64,000 bases of DNA, taken from Cirrosporium novae-zelandiae. Its lineage: Eukaryota. Below the pieces are notes generated by a model. The model was not told the DNA's origin. It saw nothing but the letters and a program-made list of their open reading frames with translations, and made no database searches. The stretch covers positions 124,001 to 188,000 of the forward strand of contig JAPETS010000014.1 in assembly GCA_026023565.1 (NCBI GenBank). The letters are read 5' to 3'. Within the stretch, counting starts at the first letter, position 1. Every line of letters begins with the position of its first letter. Positions 11,542 through 24,595 of this stretch are shown piece after piece. The position numbers and the translations under genes are program-made.

Positions 11542-14500
11542 TCATCTCCAATCCCTCTCCTCACCCAACACCCTCCTCATTTCCCGCTCCACCAACCCCA
11601 CAATCTCATCCTGCACGTCATGGCCGGCTCTCCAGCTCCGCAGGACCACATTTTCCTTGCTCAAGAGATCTTCTGCTCGTATCCAGCGGCGTTTCCAGAG
11701 CTCCTCTTTTTTGTTTAGGGTAGCCTCGGTGGATGCTGTTGTCATTGTGGACATGGATGTCGTTGTGCGTGTGAGGTCGGAAGGGGGGAGATTGGTAGTG
11801 TTATTGGAGGTGGGATTTTGGATGGGGGTGGTCGAGATGGTGGCGGGGTTATTGTAGTAGGATGTTAGATGGTTGCCAGCATATTGTGCTGCAGCGATTG
11901 GATAACTTGCTAGTGCTTTTCGCGGGGGGAGCGTTGGTGGGGTAGGGTCTTGAGGATCTTGTTGCTGCTGCGAACTACTTGGTGTTGAGTCGGATTTTCC
12001 GTTCTCGCCCGAAGACGAACTTGGGTTTTGTGGGTGCGTTCCTCTTCTGGGTGGGGGAGGAGGTGGGGGTGGGCCTTTTGCTTGTGTTGCATTGCTAGTG
12101 AAGTAAGATGCTTCGGGGAGGTTGTTATAGGTTAATGCTACTTTTTCGCGGATGGTGGATGGATAGCTCTGATTGTTTGCACGATCGGAGGAGACGGCTC
12201 GGTGTGGTGTGGCCTGCTGGATATCCGACCCCTTCGAGGTGGAGAGTCTGCGGGGCTTTGGTGGAGGCGGGGGTGGGGGTGGATGTCCAGGTACTGTTTT
12301 TCGGGGTGGTGTTGGGGCGTGGTTGTTACTGCGGGATAGTGTAGGTGCGACATCATCTGAACGTGTTCTCAAAGTAGCTGGCTTTTTGGGAGGGACGGGA
12401 GCAGGAGATCTATTGATGGTTAGGTAGGCAAGGTCATGGTTTGCAGAAGAGCAAGTGTTTATAGAATCCGATTCTCGTTTGGATGAAAGAGAATCATCGT
12501 TAAAATCAATCAAGTTCCCTTGGGGAGGGCCGGATGTTTGAAGAGCCGTATCACTAGGATACCGTACTGGAAACGTTGGTTTGCGTGACGGAGGCGCAAA
12601 CGATTGGGTAGATTGATTGGACAATACCATTGGTCTGATTTTATTGTTGTTTTCTGGCCTTAGCTTTTCTATATTCTGGTCGAAAAATTTCTTCTGTTTG
12701 GTAGTAACATCTCTTATGAAAACACCAATGACCCTTCCGGGATTAGCGAGCACAATGTCAGTGTATACTTCTAGATCTGCTTCACCGCTGTCTCCTACGA
12801 GGATGAATCTGCGTTTGGGGAAATCTCGCATTATTTTCTCCAGTGTGGCCTTCTTTCTTTCGGCAACAGGTTCAAAAATTCCTTGGAGCATACCGCTATA
12901 TTGTTTTAAGTGGAATGAGCCAGGTGGGAGTCCCGCTAACGAGAAGTAGCTGAAAAGTAATGGATATAACTGCCAAGGAGAGTTTGAGACGTAATGCATA
13001 CTAACTCCCATTTCTGCAAGTTTAGAATACCATTCTTTTACCCCATCAATGGTGAGGTCTCCAAGCTCTCGTGCGAAGGTGTTGCGGAATATTTCTTTTG
13101 CGCCGCTTCCGATGCCGGAATGTTTGACTGTATCATCGATGTCGCTAATCAAACTGACACCTGTGGGTTCGATGATATGGACTTCTTCAGTCGCGGAGAG
13201 ATCTTCGGAGGCGAGGACGCGGAGATTTGTGGGTATAAAGTCCAGAGCTGCTCTGATGGAAAAGTGACCAGCGTCATTGGTAACGAGAGTACGGGACTGG
13301 GAGTTGTTGTCATCGTAAAAGAAAATAGTTAGAGGGGTTCCAGGAAGCGGGTTTGCCATGAATGGTCTTAAACGGGCCATTAGACGATCATTTGCAGCAG
13401 ACAGCTCAGCCCGGCTCAGTTCTGACGGTTGGCTTCGTAGTTTCCGCCTGTCTCGAGAATCTTCATCTTGTTCTGATGCAATGGAACTGTCTGTTAACGG
13501 ATGTGGAAACTGGCCTGGCTTTGGCTCTCGTTCTCTTCGTGAAGCTGGTGAATTTGACCGACTTGGCGTGCCGTTTGGTGTACTGTATGGGCTCCCACTA
13601 TCAGGGTCAAGAGAGGGAGCTTCACTATAACCTCCCCTATAGGCAACAGCGGCCTCCCCTTCCCCTCTTCTTGCTATAGACTCGGCTTCCCTATTAATAA
13701 ATTCTTCTTCCTGTTTGGAAGTTTGTTCTTCAACTACTTCTTGATGTTTCGTATGACGGCTTCGAGATCGACTCTGACCAGGACTTCCTGAAGGGGCAGG
13801 TATTCCACTCAATCTTCTTGCAAGAGATATAAGAATTCGATTTTTTCTCGTAATAGCGCCTCGATGCGGAGAATATATGCAGCCACGAACATCAACATCA
13901 ACAATCGCATTATCATCTTCATATTTCTCCCATTCTTGTTTCCAGTATTCAGTATCGCCAGGGTGTGGTGGATCACGGATATCTTGTCCTGTCTCAGGGA
14001 CAGCCCTATCTCTAGATTGCCCCCGATCTTTTTTGATATGACGTCTAGCGTAGCTTGGGAACAGGACCATCTCTTCCCCTCCGCTTTGCGCTATCGCAAT
14101 ATCCGGAAAGGCCCCCGGTATCTCTTGACCATATTCAACAAAGCCATTCCGTTGTGATAGATACGACTGCTGGTATGTCTGCCGCAATTCATTCGCTGCC
14201 TTTAGGTATCCCATAAACTTCTTCCTCCGAGATCCCCTCTCTCGTGTTTCACCGACATAGTAAGGTTCCCCGCCGTTCATGCTCATGGAATGGTTGTTCG
14301 GGGATACTATCGGCTTATTACTGGCATCCTTTAGAAGTACTCCTTTAACCAAATGATGTTTTTTTTCTCCTATTAACGACCGTTGACGTCGTCCTGAAGC
14401 GTTTCGCAGCGCAGCCCGAGCCTGATAGTCAACAAGGAAGCGGAATATGCGAGACTGGAGTCGGCGTTGATAATATGGTACAGTTTCGTGGCGAAATGTA

Positions 14501-14943
14501 AAAAGTTTCCCCCTGGATCTTTGACGGGTATTAGGGAAAAGATATCGAAAGAAGGAGGTAGGTTTGGACCGAGACGGGTTTCGGATATGAGGAGCCAGGT
14601 CTGGCGATGGGCTGGCTGAATGGTCTGGACTACCGTGATAATTATTAAAAGAGTTTAACAGATATCTGTTTATGGAATGGATAATTTTGACTACATGGTT
14701 AATCAATAGATAGCTTTAAGAAAAAGAATTATTATTGGGTAAGTCTGAAAATGGGAATATTGATACTGTGTAATCTGGATTCGGTGATAATCTAGTTTTT
14801 GAAGCTGCGAATATCGAATAACTATCTCAGCGTGTCAGTTTTCGTCATATTTGTGGTAGGGAATCCGGTCAAGTGATAGCTCATTGGTCATTTTTCCATT
14901 TGAGAAGTGTCTGACATATCACAGCAATTACTTACGTCAACAT
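11542..14943 (-). CDS. APP1: Actin-patch phosphatidate phosphatase App1 (DUF2183); start position uncertain
   Basis: Catalytic ISDIDDTVK motif, HYVSNSPWQLYP, GSFHLKQY, FILVGDSGEADLEVY and a Pro-rich C-terminus. The first in-frame ATG of the long ORF is near 14286; a possible micro-exon ATG TTG AC|GTAAGT at 14943 splices in frame to 14713. Confidence 0.9.
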
Positions 14944-14989
14944 GTTCTGAAATGGGATTAGCCGCGAATACAGAGAACTGTACCTTATC

Positions 14990-15046
14990 CACTGCCTCAC
15001 TGCCTCACTGCCTCACTGCCTTACTGCCTTACTGCCTTGTTGCCTC
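14990..15046 (+). repeat. 8-bp tandem repeat (cactgcct / tactgcct)
   Basis: cactgcct x4, tactgcct x2 and one degenerate unit, seen directly. Confidence 0.85.
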
Positions 15047-15945
15047 AGGTATACATATATATATATTCTAATCCGTTTTAAGATTAGCATAAATTGACCG
15101 CAGCAAAGTCTCAGGTCAGCGATTATTGCTTATACCACAGTATGCCCAAGTGGCTCCCACTTCACACTTAGCACTACAGCAACGCAATTCCCCAAAAAGT
15201 AAGCATTCCGAGAAGGTTTAGGTAATTACTCTTGTTGATCCTACGGAATGCTTCTACTACTATATAATAACAATGGAGATTAGAATACTGAGGCGCAGGA
15301 GATTTCTAGAAGGCCCATCCAAGCTGAAAGATTCCCCATCATGAGAAGAGCTGAGGTGTTAAAGGTACCCAGGTATGCCTACTCTACCTGAGTTGTCGGT
15401 GGCTGCCAGTAGTGATTGCTTATTAGAAGAAGATCGTAAAGCGGTGGAACTTGAAAGTTTTGTTGGGTAGGCGTATCGCGAGGGATTTCAAGGGTCGGGG
15501 GTCGGGAGGTCCTAGATGGTTATGGGTGCTCCACTGGCAAGGCCACCAAACAAGCCTCAGGACTCCCCGTCGTCATCAAGCATTCACCCTCTCCTACCAA
15601 ATACAACCACAAATAACAGCGCAGTATGTGGCATTATGTAAGGTTAGGCGTTAGTTTGGGTTCAAAAGTGAATCAATCCTGTTTGTTGTCATTGTACAGT
15701 CCAGCAATCAGGAATGAAACATGGGAAGTAGTACAGAACGACTTTAGGTCCGTGTAGCATTAATGTGTACTGTACCTACTTAGACAGTATCTTCCTCCAG
15801 AGAATTGCTTCCTCCTGTTTCCTACTTTATTTCAGTTTATTACTCTGCAATCAACAAGAGTCTATTGAAACATATTCAGTGTCGCGAGATCAAGCAAGCT
15901 AAGCTCTTCCTAAATTGCGCCAAGGCCGGAGAATCTCTTGACATT

Positions 15946-15954
15946 GTGGCTGTG
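15946..15954 (+). promoter_or_regulatory. Candidate CrzA/Crz1 calcineurin-response element upstream of VCX1
   Basis: GTGGCTGTG matches G[T/G]GGC[T/A]G[T/G]G. GAGGCGCA at 15290-15297 matches the yeast CDRE GNGGCKCA. Confidence 0.5.
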
Positions 15955-16341
15955 TCCCCGCCCCGGTTGCTGTATCTCCCCATGGTAAAAGGCAATCACA
16001 CAAGTCCTGTGTACATCTCAGTAAGTAATCAGTCAATCATTCAGGAAAAGTCTTTCTTTCAATTCCATCACTCTTTTGATTCCAACTTCAGCTGTTCTGT
16101 ATTTTCTGCTGCCTACTCTATTTTGCGCAGCCACTTAACTCCCACATATAAAGCTGTGCCTGTTACTTAGGTATCTTCAAGGGGTACTTGACATTCCTTA
16201 ATTGTATCTCTAAACAAATCCAATCCAATCAAATCAATGTGCGACGAATCATCCTCAATTTGGTCTCGGAATCAAGCATGCTGACTTTATAGAACTAATC
16301 CTATCTCTTGAAACTTGTGGCACGAGAAACAAGGGATCACT

Positions 16342-18229
16342 ATGCGTATGCTTCCAATACCTCTATCATGATCATTTCAAAGCTCACCTTCGCAGATCAA
16401 CTTCGAAGACAAGCTCATAAGTTAGCATGGGAACCGGGGTCGATGAACCCATTTGTCAAGCTTAGTCGACCCGTCAGACATACCGATGAAGAAGCAGGTG
16501 GACATTTACGCACTCAATCAGAGCCCGTAGATGCGTTTAATACGGGCACAAATGAGCGTCCCCATCTTGAAAAAGCAAGAAGTGTACCTCCTATCTCTGC
16601 TGGTGCGGGACAGGAGATCCTACAAGATATTGCAGAGGAAAGACGGAGTGGGAACACTGCCACTACAGGGACGAGTGATACTGTCGCAAATGATAGAATG
16701 TCAGAAACAAGCGCTGAAGGATCAAATATCCAAGGACCACGGAAACGAAAGTCCAATTCAGGGGATAACAATGATGAAGAACGGACAGAGGTAGACCTAC
16801 CGATGTCCACACCAGCCCCCGAGGGAAATGAGCACAAGTTCACGGTTGCCTCTCAGCTAAGAGCTACTATTCTGAACTCGTGGATCAATGTACTTCTCAT
16901 TGCAGTACCTGTCGGTATTGCTCTCGCCAACATCGATGTGAACCCGCTCGCCATCTTCATCGTCAACTTCGTAGCCATCATTCCCTTGGCAGCTATGCTT
17001 AGTTATGCCACTGAAGAAATCGCTTTAAGAACAGGAGAAACTATAGGAGGATTGTTAAATGCCTCATTCGGGTAGGCTATTTGGTGTTCGGGGATGTTGG
17101 AACCTTTCACTGACGTTGAATATAGTAATGCCGTTGAACTGATTGTTGCCATTATCGCCTTAGTGAAAGGTGAACTAACCATTGTCCAAACATCTTTGAT
17201 TGGTAGCATGCTGTCTAATCTTCTCTTGGTTATGGGGATGTGCTTTTTCTTTGGTGGACTTAACCGGCTAGAACAACATTTTAACATTACAGTTGCTCAG
17301 ACCGCTGCGAGTTTGTTGATTCTGGCTGTGGGTAGTTTGGTCATCCCAACAGCATTTGTCTCCTGGTCAAGTGCTGGTAAAAAGGGCGTCCTTGAACTAT
17401 CTCGGGGAACATCAATTATGCTCCTTATTACGTATGGATGCTATTTATTTTTCCAGCTCAAATCTCACATCTCCATGTACAACACACCTAGCGAAAAGGT
17501 GGCAAAGAGAAGTACCAAGGTTGACAAGGGGGATGCTTCGAAAGGTGTGGCCCAGATCGGAGCCGCTATGTCGAAAATGTCCGGCGGAGAAGCCGCCAAA
17601 CAAGAATTGATGCAAAATCCAGATGATGAGGAGGAGGAGCCTCAACTAGCATTTTGGGTTGCCATCCTTACTTTGTGTATATCTACTGCTCTTGTTGGTG
17701 TTACTGCCGAGTATATGGTTGACAGCATCGACGCTGTGACTGATGAGTACAATATCTCTGAGGAGTTTGTTGGCTTGATTCTTCTTCCTATTGTTGGCAA
17801 TGCCGCCGAACATGCAACCGCTGTCACTGTTGCTGTTAAGGATAAAATGGACCTTGCTATCGGCGTTGCTATCGGCTCAAGCATGCAAATTGCTATGCTA
17901 GTCATCCCAATTGCCGTAGTGCTTGGTTGGATTCTGACCGGTTCCGATTTGACGCTTGACTTTGACGGCTTCCAGATCGCCATCCTTTTTGTGGCTGCGC
18001 TCTTGGTTAATTTTATCATCTCTGATGGTAAATCACATTGGTATGGGACATCTAACGATCTATTACTTTTTTATTCTCTAACAACCTCTCCAGGCTCGAG
18101 GGTGCTATGCTCCAAATTTTATACGTCATTATTGCCGTGGCTGCATGGTTTTATCCCGCTAAGGGCGATGCGGTATGAGACATCCAAGTACCCATTGCTA
18201 TTATATTTTCTAACTGTATCCAGGCTTGA
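16342..18229 (+). CDS. VCX1: Vacuolar Ca2+/H+ exchanger (CAX family); 5 exons
   Basis: Alpha-1 repeat GGLLNASFG|NAVELI and GSMLSNLLLV; alpha-2 repeat LPIVGNAAEH and GSSMQIA; acidic loop DDEEEE. Micro first exon ATG C|GTATGC; final exons give WLEGAMLQILYVIIAVAAWFYPAKGDA|A-stop. Confidence 0.94.
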
Positions 18230-19435
18230 GGGCAATATTTCCCCAAATTCTATTACAACACTAAAACTATGAGGACCCGGTTCTGTGCCGCTGGGGATGA
18301 CGAGGTTGAGCGACGTTCGTGGTGTCACTCGGGGAGAGCCGGACTACCTCTATTCCACTCACTCGCTCTTTCTAATAGATCCAAATTGAACAGCGCACAA
18401 TTTTCTCAACTACTTCTCGATACCCGCCTATTTATTGAAACTCTCGAGCCTTGTAGTGAAGCGCTTACGGTGATGTTGTACATAGAACAAGGGGATTCAG
18501 TGCGTTTACATACAGCGATAAAGAGTGTTATGTATAGTAATTCCATAGTGCGAAACGTCCATAAAAATCTACCTAGAAGCTTTCTTATATTCGCGAGGCT
18601 TGATGGCCTCGACACTGATGCTTATATGAACCAGGCCATTATGCTAAATCAATCATTTCCACAATCTACATTCGGGGGAGCCTTTTCATAAATTGCAGAT
18701 GTGATTGATATAACACACCGGTCTGGTACATGTCAACACGACAAATTTATCGAGAGATAACTAAGCAATATATACTAGACTTGGACGGATTCTTCTAGCA
18801 TTACTAGCATCGCTTCTTACAACAAAATTACGACACTAAGTGATCTCGAGTATATTGCTGTACTTCAAGGAAATTTTCCTTCTTCTGCTTGCGAGCGAGA
18901 GTCTAAGTACTAGCTACTCAACTTTCATATATCTTACTCTAGGAAAGGTCTCTCTCGAGCACTATTTTCCTAGCCCTTGGCTAAGTTGGTCCGACTTGAA
19001 TAGTCTTTGGGGGAATCTACTCCTCGAAAGCCCATCTCCTGATCCTACTCTTCAACTTCGCTTGAGGCATCTTCTGATTCTTTGCTTCTTTACATTCGGT
19101 CAACTACCACTCACGAAATATTACTTCTTCTCTTCAATATCCTTGATTCTACTTATTACACAATCCCAATTGTCCCCAGATACCTTGCGGTTGTGCAGTT
19201 TCGGAACAACTTCGATAAATTATCACTATTTCGTCTCGACAGCTTTTTGACTGCCCCTTGCCTTTGCCTTATAACTCCCTTCCCCACACTAGCTCTCATT
19301 CTCTCATTACAACTACCAGACAATTCATCTCTTTCCACCTCTTACTCTACCGCTTACTCTACCTCTTACTACTTCTTACTCTATCATCTCGACTTACTTA
19401 CCTAGTACTTCATTCATCTATTTTCTCACTTTCTT

Positions 19436-19488
19436 GTCTTTCTTCTTCTTCTTCTTCTTCTTCTTCTTCTTCTTCTTCTTCTTCTTCT
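19436..19488 (+). repeat. (TCT)n microsatellite in the pyrimidine-rich leader of the SNF2 gene
   Basis: About 16 TCT units seen directly. Confidence 0.95.
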
Positions 19489-19697
19489 CCATCTTTTACT
19501 TCTCAATTGACTGAAAAGCTTCCGGACTATCTTCAACCGAAATCTCCGCTCGTATATCTTCCTATATCTCAACTGACTATCGGTTACTCAATTAGCGATT
19601 ATTTTGCTTTAACTAGCTACCTTACTTTTCTATTTATTTATAGCAGATTTCTTATTTCTTCCCCTCCCCACTCCTCTCCTTAGATATTGACAACATT

Positions 19698-20248
19698 ATG
19701 GAATCTACTGGGGCTCCGGGACTTTCCTCGGAACCCGTGTCTCCTATTGTCCAAACTGATGTCGCTATGGAGGATTCAAACAATGAGTTAATAAATCCCG
19801 ATAACATCAAACAGGAGATTCCGGATATTATTGACCTCACGAATGCCATTAAGTGGAACACCAAAGATGACCCTTGGGGCCTTGATGATGAGTTGATGAA
19901 CCCCAACGGCATCAAACAGGAAACTCTAGACATTATTGATCTTACGAAGCTTATTCCTATGAATACCAAAAGTGACCCTATAGTTCTCGATGGTGAAAAT
20001 AGCGATAATGAGGAAGTATCTACTGAGCATATGACTCTCTCTGAAGTCGCCGCTCAAGCTCTGACTGGAGTTAAGCAGACTATAGAACCTCCAGTCATCC
20101 CAAAAAATGCAGATCTTGGCCCAAGTGTTTTGAGACCTAAACGTCGACCTAAGTTGTCCTCCGAAGAACTGAAAAGGTTCAAGGAAGCTGGATTGAGCCT
20201 TGCGGCAAGACATCTTAATAAAGTCCCCAGCCAATCCCAGGACCCATT

Positions 20249-20285
<37 letters not shown>

Positions 20286-23200
20286 GGTGTTGATAAGTCC
20301 AATAATATTGCTCTTATTACGGATAGTGAGCATGGATGGATGAATGTCGACTACACTGAGGAAAACCCTGTGCCAAATTATGCAGAACTGAAAGCCCAGT
20401 ATAACGCTCGCAAGGCTAATGAGATTAATGATTATGCAAAGGACTGCGAATTTCTTCGATTGGAAAAGCAATACTCTGCTTGGAAGAACCGTTGCGAAGA
20501 AAACCAGAAAGGTCCCCCTTCAGAGCTCATAGTCGAGGATGAAGAAGAAAATGATGCCGAAGGAGAGGATACTGACCAGGGGCTTTTTGTTCCTGAGGGT
20601 CCCCCGGAACTCTCAAACAAAATAACTAAACGCCTTCGCCCAGAAGTGGATCTGGATTCTTCAGGTATCGGTAATGATGGAAATGATCCCCCAAAAAAGA
20701 AAAGACGAAGCAAAAAAGACGCGCTCACCGAAGAAGACAAGGAAAAGGCCTTAGAGGTTGCTTTAGAACAAGAAATTTCTGCAACTAACAGGAGATTCAA
20801 GAAAAAGGGTCCATCAAAGCCGAAAAATGCCAGTTCCAAGAGTACAAAAGCACGAAAAAGGCCACCAAAAGACAACAACTCAAAGAACAGCAGCGGTAGG
20901 AAAAAGCGTGGTCCAAACATAAACAGCCGACCATTAGTCAATCTAGACTTCAGCGTTAATCCCTTCAACCATGGCAATGAAAGGGAACCAATAGCACCAG
21001 AGATCACTACAACGACGAAGAAAGACGAGGCTCTTAAATCCCTCATTGCATCAGTGCCAATGGAAGATAGACGAACCGCGAGCATGGATAAGAACTCGAT
21101 CCTACGGGCTAGCAGGTTCCTCAGTCCATACCGTGTTAAACCTGACGGAAAGGGGGAGTGGAGAGTTTCCGGGATGAAAACTTCGTTGAAGCATCACCAG
21201 CTTTTGGGCGCTTCTTGGATGAAGGAACGAGAGACGACTGGTGGGAACCCCCGTGGAGGGCTCTGTGCTGATCAAATGGGTTTCGGGAAAACGATACAGA
21301 TGATCGCCCTGATGCTTTGTCACGAGCCCCGTAAAGGATCAGAATGTCGTACAACCTTGATTGTGGCGACTCAAGCACTGCTAACGGAATGGGAGAAGCA
21401 ATTTCAAGAACATGTAAATAAAGGCGCATTAGGCCAGATTGTTCGTCATCATGCTGGACACAGGCTGCGTGGTCCAGATATTGAGGATCTCCTTTTGACG
21501 TTCTCCGTTGTTCTTACTACCTATTCAGAGGTTATGAGATCCTACCCCAAATACAAACCGCCAGCCACGTTGACGTCCAGAGCCGCAAAAGAGCAGTGGT
21601 GGGAGAATTATTACAAAGAGAACTGTGGGGTTCTTCACAAAATTAAGTTCTACAGAATTATTCTAGATGAAGCACAATGCATCAAAAACCGCGAGTCTGA
21701 TACTTCGAGGGCATGCAGGGCTTTGACGGCAGAGTATAGATGGTGCCTCTCCGGGACTCCAATCCAGAACACCGTGAAAGAGCTATACCCTTACTTCAAA
21801 TTCCTTCGAGTGGAGCACACAGGCAACTACCAGACATTCCGAACCAATTTCTGCAACGGTTCAGAAGCGCACACCAGTCGCCTGCAAGCATACCTATCTA
21901 AAATCATGATTCGGAGAACTTATACTGATAAGATGTTTTCAAAACCACTTATTGAGTTGCCAAAGACCGAACAAGAGACGGTCATACTCGATTTTAGCCC
22001 TCTTGAACGACTAATCTATTGCACAGTTCGAAATCGGTTCATTGAAAAGATTAACTCCTATGTAGAAGCTGGCTCCTTAAAAAAGCACTACCACAATATC
22101 TTCGTCATGTTGCTATGTCTTCGACAAATGACAGCACATGTTTTGATAGTTCAGGACGCCATCCAGGACTTATTTGAACTTGAGGACATCGAAAGGCTCT
22201 GTGAACTAGTAGCAAGGGCAGCAGGGACAGTAGGGGAAAACGAGCGAGGGATGGTAACTCAAATGAAAAACATGATAGGTACATTCAATTCCTCGTCGAG
22301 GTCTCCAGAGCCTTCTATATACACCCCTACTAGAGTTCTTGCTAACTATTTCTGACTTAGCGGCTCGCAAGGACAAGGACACCGAAGAAGAAGACGCAGA
22401 AGGCCAAGAGCAAGCAGATTCTTCAGCACATGAGACAGCTACTATTGCAGAAGAGTCAAACAGTCAAACAAACCAAGACGTAGCTACTCAGTTCCGAGGT
22501 ATTCTTTTGTCGTTTCGAAAGAGCTCGAGATGGGACGAGTTACAAGGGAGGAGCCTCTGTCATTATTGCCGTGGAGTCGCTGATGACCCCTACGTGACAA
22601 GCTGCTTACATCTTTATTGCAAAGATTGCCTCGAAAGAATGCTCATGGCAGCAGCCGAGAATGGCGAGGAGGGCGCACGCTGCAAAGCATGTAGCAGCCG
22701 ATTCGTTGAATCCAAGCCCTGTGATGGCATCAAAGAACTAGTTGGTGAATATTCTCCAGATACGTCTAATGCACCACCTCGCACCCAAGGGCCTAAGAAA
22801 AAGAAGCCTGATCAAGAGATGAAATGGGTACTTCAAGGAAAGAGGATACTTCGATCAACCAAGGTTACAGCCGTTACGGCCTGTATTGGAAAATGGCTTA
22901 AAGAAAACCCAAACGGAAAATGCATTGTGTACACGCAGTGGGCGATGATGATCAAGATTTTGGCAAAAATTTGCGACGAGGAAGAATGGGGCCACAACAC
23001 ATATTACGGCGCAATGACAAGTGACGAGCGTGAAAAAGCAATTAAACAATTCTCGATTGATAACGGGAAACGGTTACTACTTGCAACACTAAAGTGTGGA
23101 GGTGTCGGGTTGAATCTTACAATGGCATCCATGGTCATCAATATCGACTTGTGGTGGAATTCATCGGTCGAGCAGCAAGCGTGAGTTCCCAGGCCCTATT

Positions 23201-23624
23201 TCGATGCGAGGAGGCCTTCAAACTAAACAGGGTTTTATGTAAATCTCAATTTTACTGACTGTGCGATAGGTTTTGTCGCATTTACCGCCTTGGTCAAACC
23301 CTAGAGACAAAAATCACTCGCTTTATCGTAAGTTACAGCTTTTGACAGAAAACAGTACCTCTTGTTAATATATTTTAGGTCAAAGACTCGATTGATCAGA
23401 GGCTTCAGTCGATGCAGATTGATAAGCAGGAAGGAATTGACAAGACTATCGATGGAGCGCAATCTGGGCACCTGTCACTTGAGAAACTGATCAGCTTGTT
23501 TGATACCCAGCCAGGGGAAGAAGAGTTTGTGATTCCTCATGATGAAGGGGTAGGTCTTGCTTCGGGGGTGCCACCACCTCCTGAAGATGATCCGATTTCT
23601 CGCAAAATGAGAAATTGGAAATGA
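19698..23624 (+). CDS. SNF2-family ATPase with an inserted RING finger (Rad5/Rad16/Uls1-like); 4 exons
   Basis: GGLCADQMGFGKT (motif I), RIILDEAQ (II), WCLSGTPIQN (III), RING C-HY-C...CLHLYCKDC...CKAC, GGVGLNLT (V) and spliced EQQA|FCRIYRLGQ (VI). Introns near 22279-22360, 23181-23269 and 23328-23378. Confidence 0.92.
20250..20285 (+). repeat. Pure (CAA)12 coding microsatellite encoding polyQ
   Basis: Uninterrupted CAA run encoding Q12. Confidence 0.95.
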
Positions 23625-24595
23625 TCTTGCAAGGTAATTGGGGATTTCTTTGGACGTTAGCAGTTGTATTTTAGACGTTTAGCAGAATCCTCCGCCTAAT
23701 CCGGACCAGGAGTTTTTGATCAGAATTTAGATTATGATTTCTTGGTTCTTTTTTCCCTGAAGACCTCCTTGAAAATACATAGTAGGGATGCTCAGCTTAC
23801 CACATATCAAAAATATATCTTCAAAAAAGAAATATAGATTCAGACTAAAATTTATAAGTTTCTTTCTTTTTTTCACTATTTTGCTTCAAGCCCTCACCGA
23901 GTATATAACATGATGAAATGCTTACTTCGTTGTACCAAGGGGTATATTATTACCCTTGACTAAGATAAAGGCTCTCGATGACTTAAATATGAAAAATATA
24001 GCCTAACCGGTATGGATGTAACAACTTGTAGTCTAAAAATCCAAGGTAGGGGCTACAGTTATAACTGTAGATGAGGGGGGTGGTTATTGACTATATCACA
24101 TAACTAATGGCGTGTAGGTGCCTGAGGCATACGCATGTGGCTTCAAATCATAATCTTTGGATCATATATTTTTCTAGCAAAGCCGTCAGGGGATAGTAGA
24201 GTAGAGATGAATGGGATGATTCTCTTGATTGAGTGAATGGAGTGTCAGTCGATGCATAAGTTGTCTTTTATCCTAGGCACAGGCCCAACTACAACAATCT
24301 CATCGAGAGACTTAGAGCGACGAGGGGGAGTGGGAATTATAAGATTGGTGTTAGTACGCATCAAATTTCTTTGGCTAATTACCACACACGCCACATTATC
24401 CAATGCGCTGAGAGGTGTGACTACAATTTTAGCGCCTTAGGGTGACGTGCAACTTCCCTATCTCACACAGTCGCAACCCCCTTCGATATTTTGTTCCGAC
24501 AGAATATAGCGACACGTCGAAGGCATAACTATCTAGACTGACCTAAACCTGGCTCAGTCTCACTATCTATCCACTGCTTCTTTCTTCAAGTTTTT

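Noticed and set aside
18720..19430. Apparently TpA/CTA-rich stretch suggesting a RIP-mutated transposon relic
   Set aside because: No terminal repeats or transposase/RT remnants are visible, I cannot compute RIP indices, and it fits a pyrimidine-rich promoter or leader.
23181..23269. Second acceptor (ctaaacag) inside a SNF2 intron, possible stwintron
   Set aside because: Using it leads to a stop, and the remaining piece is too short to be a second intron.
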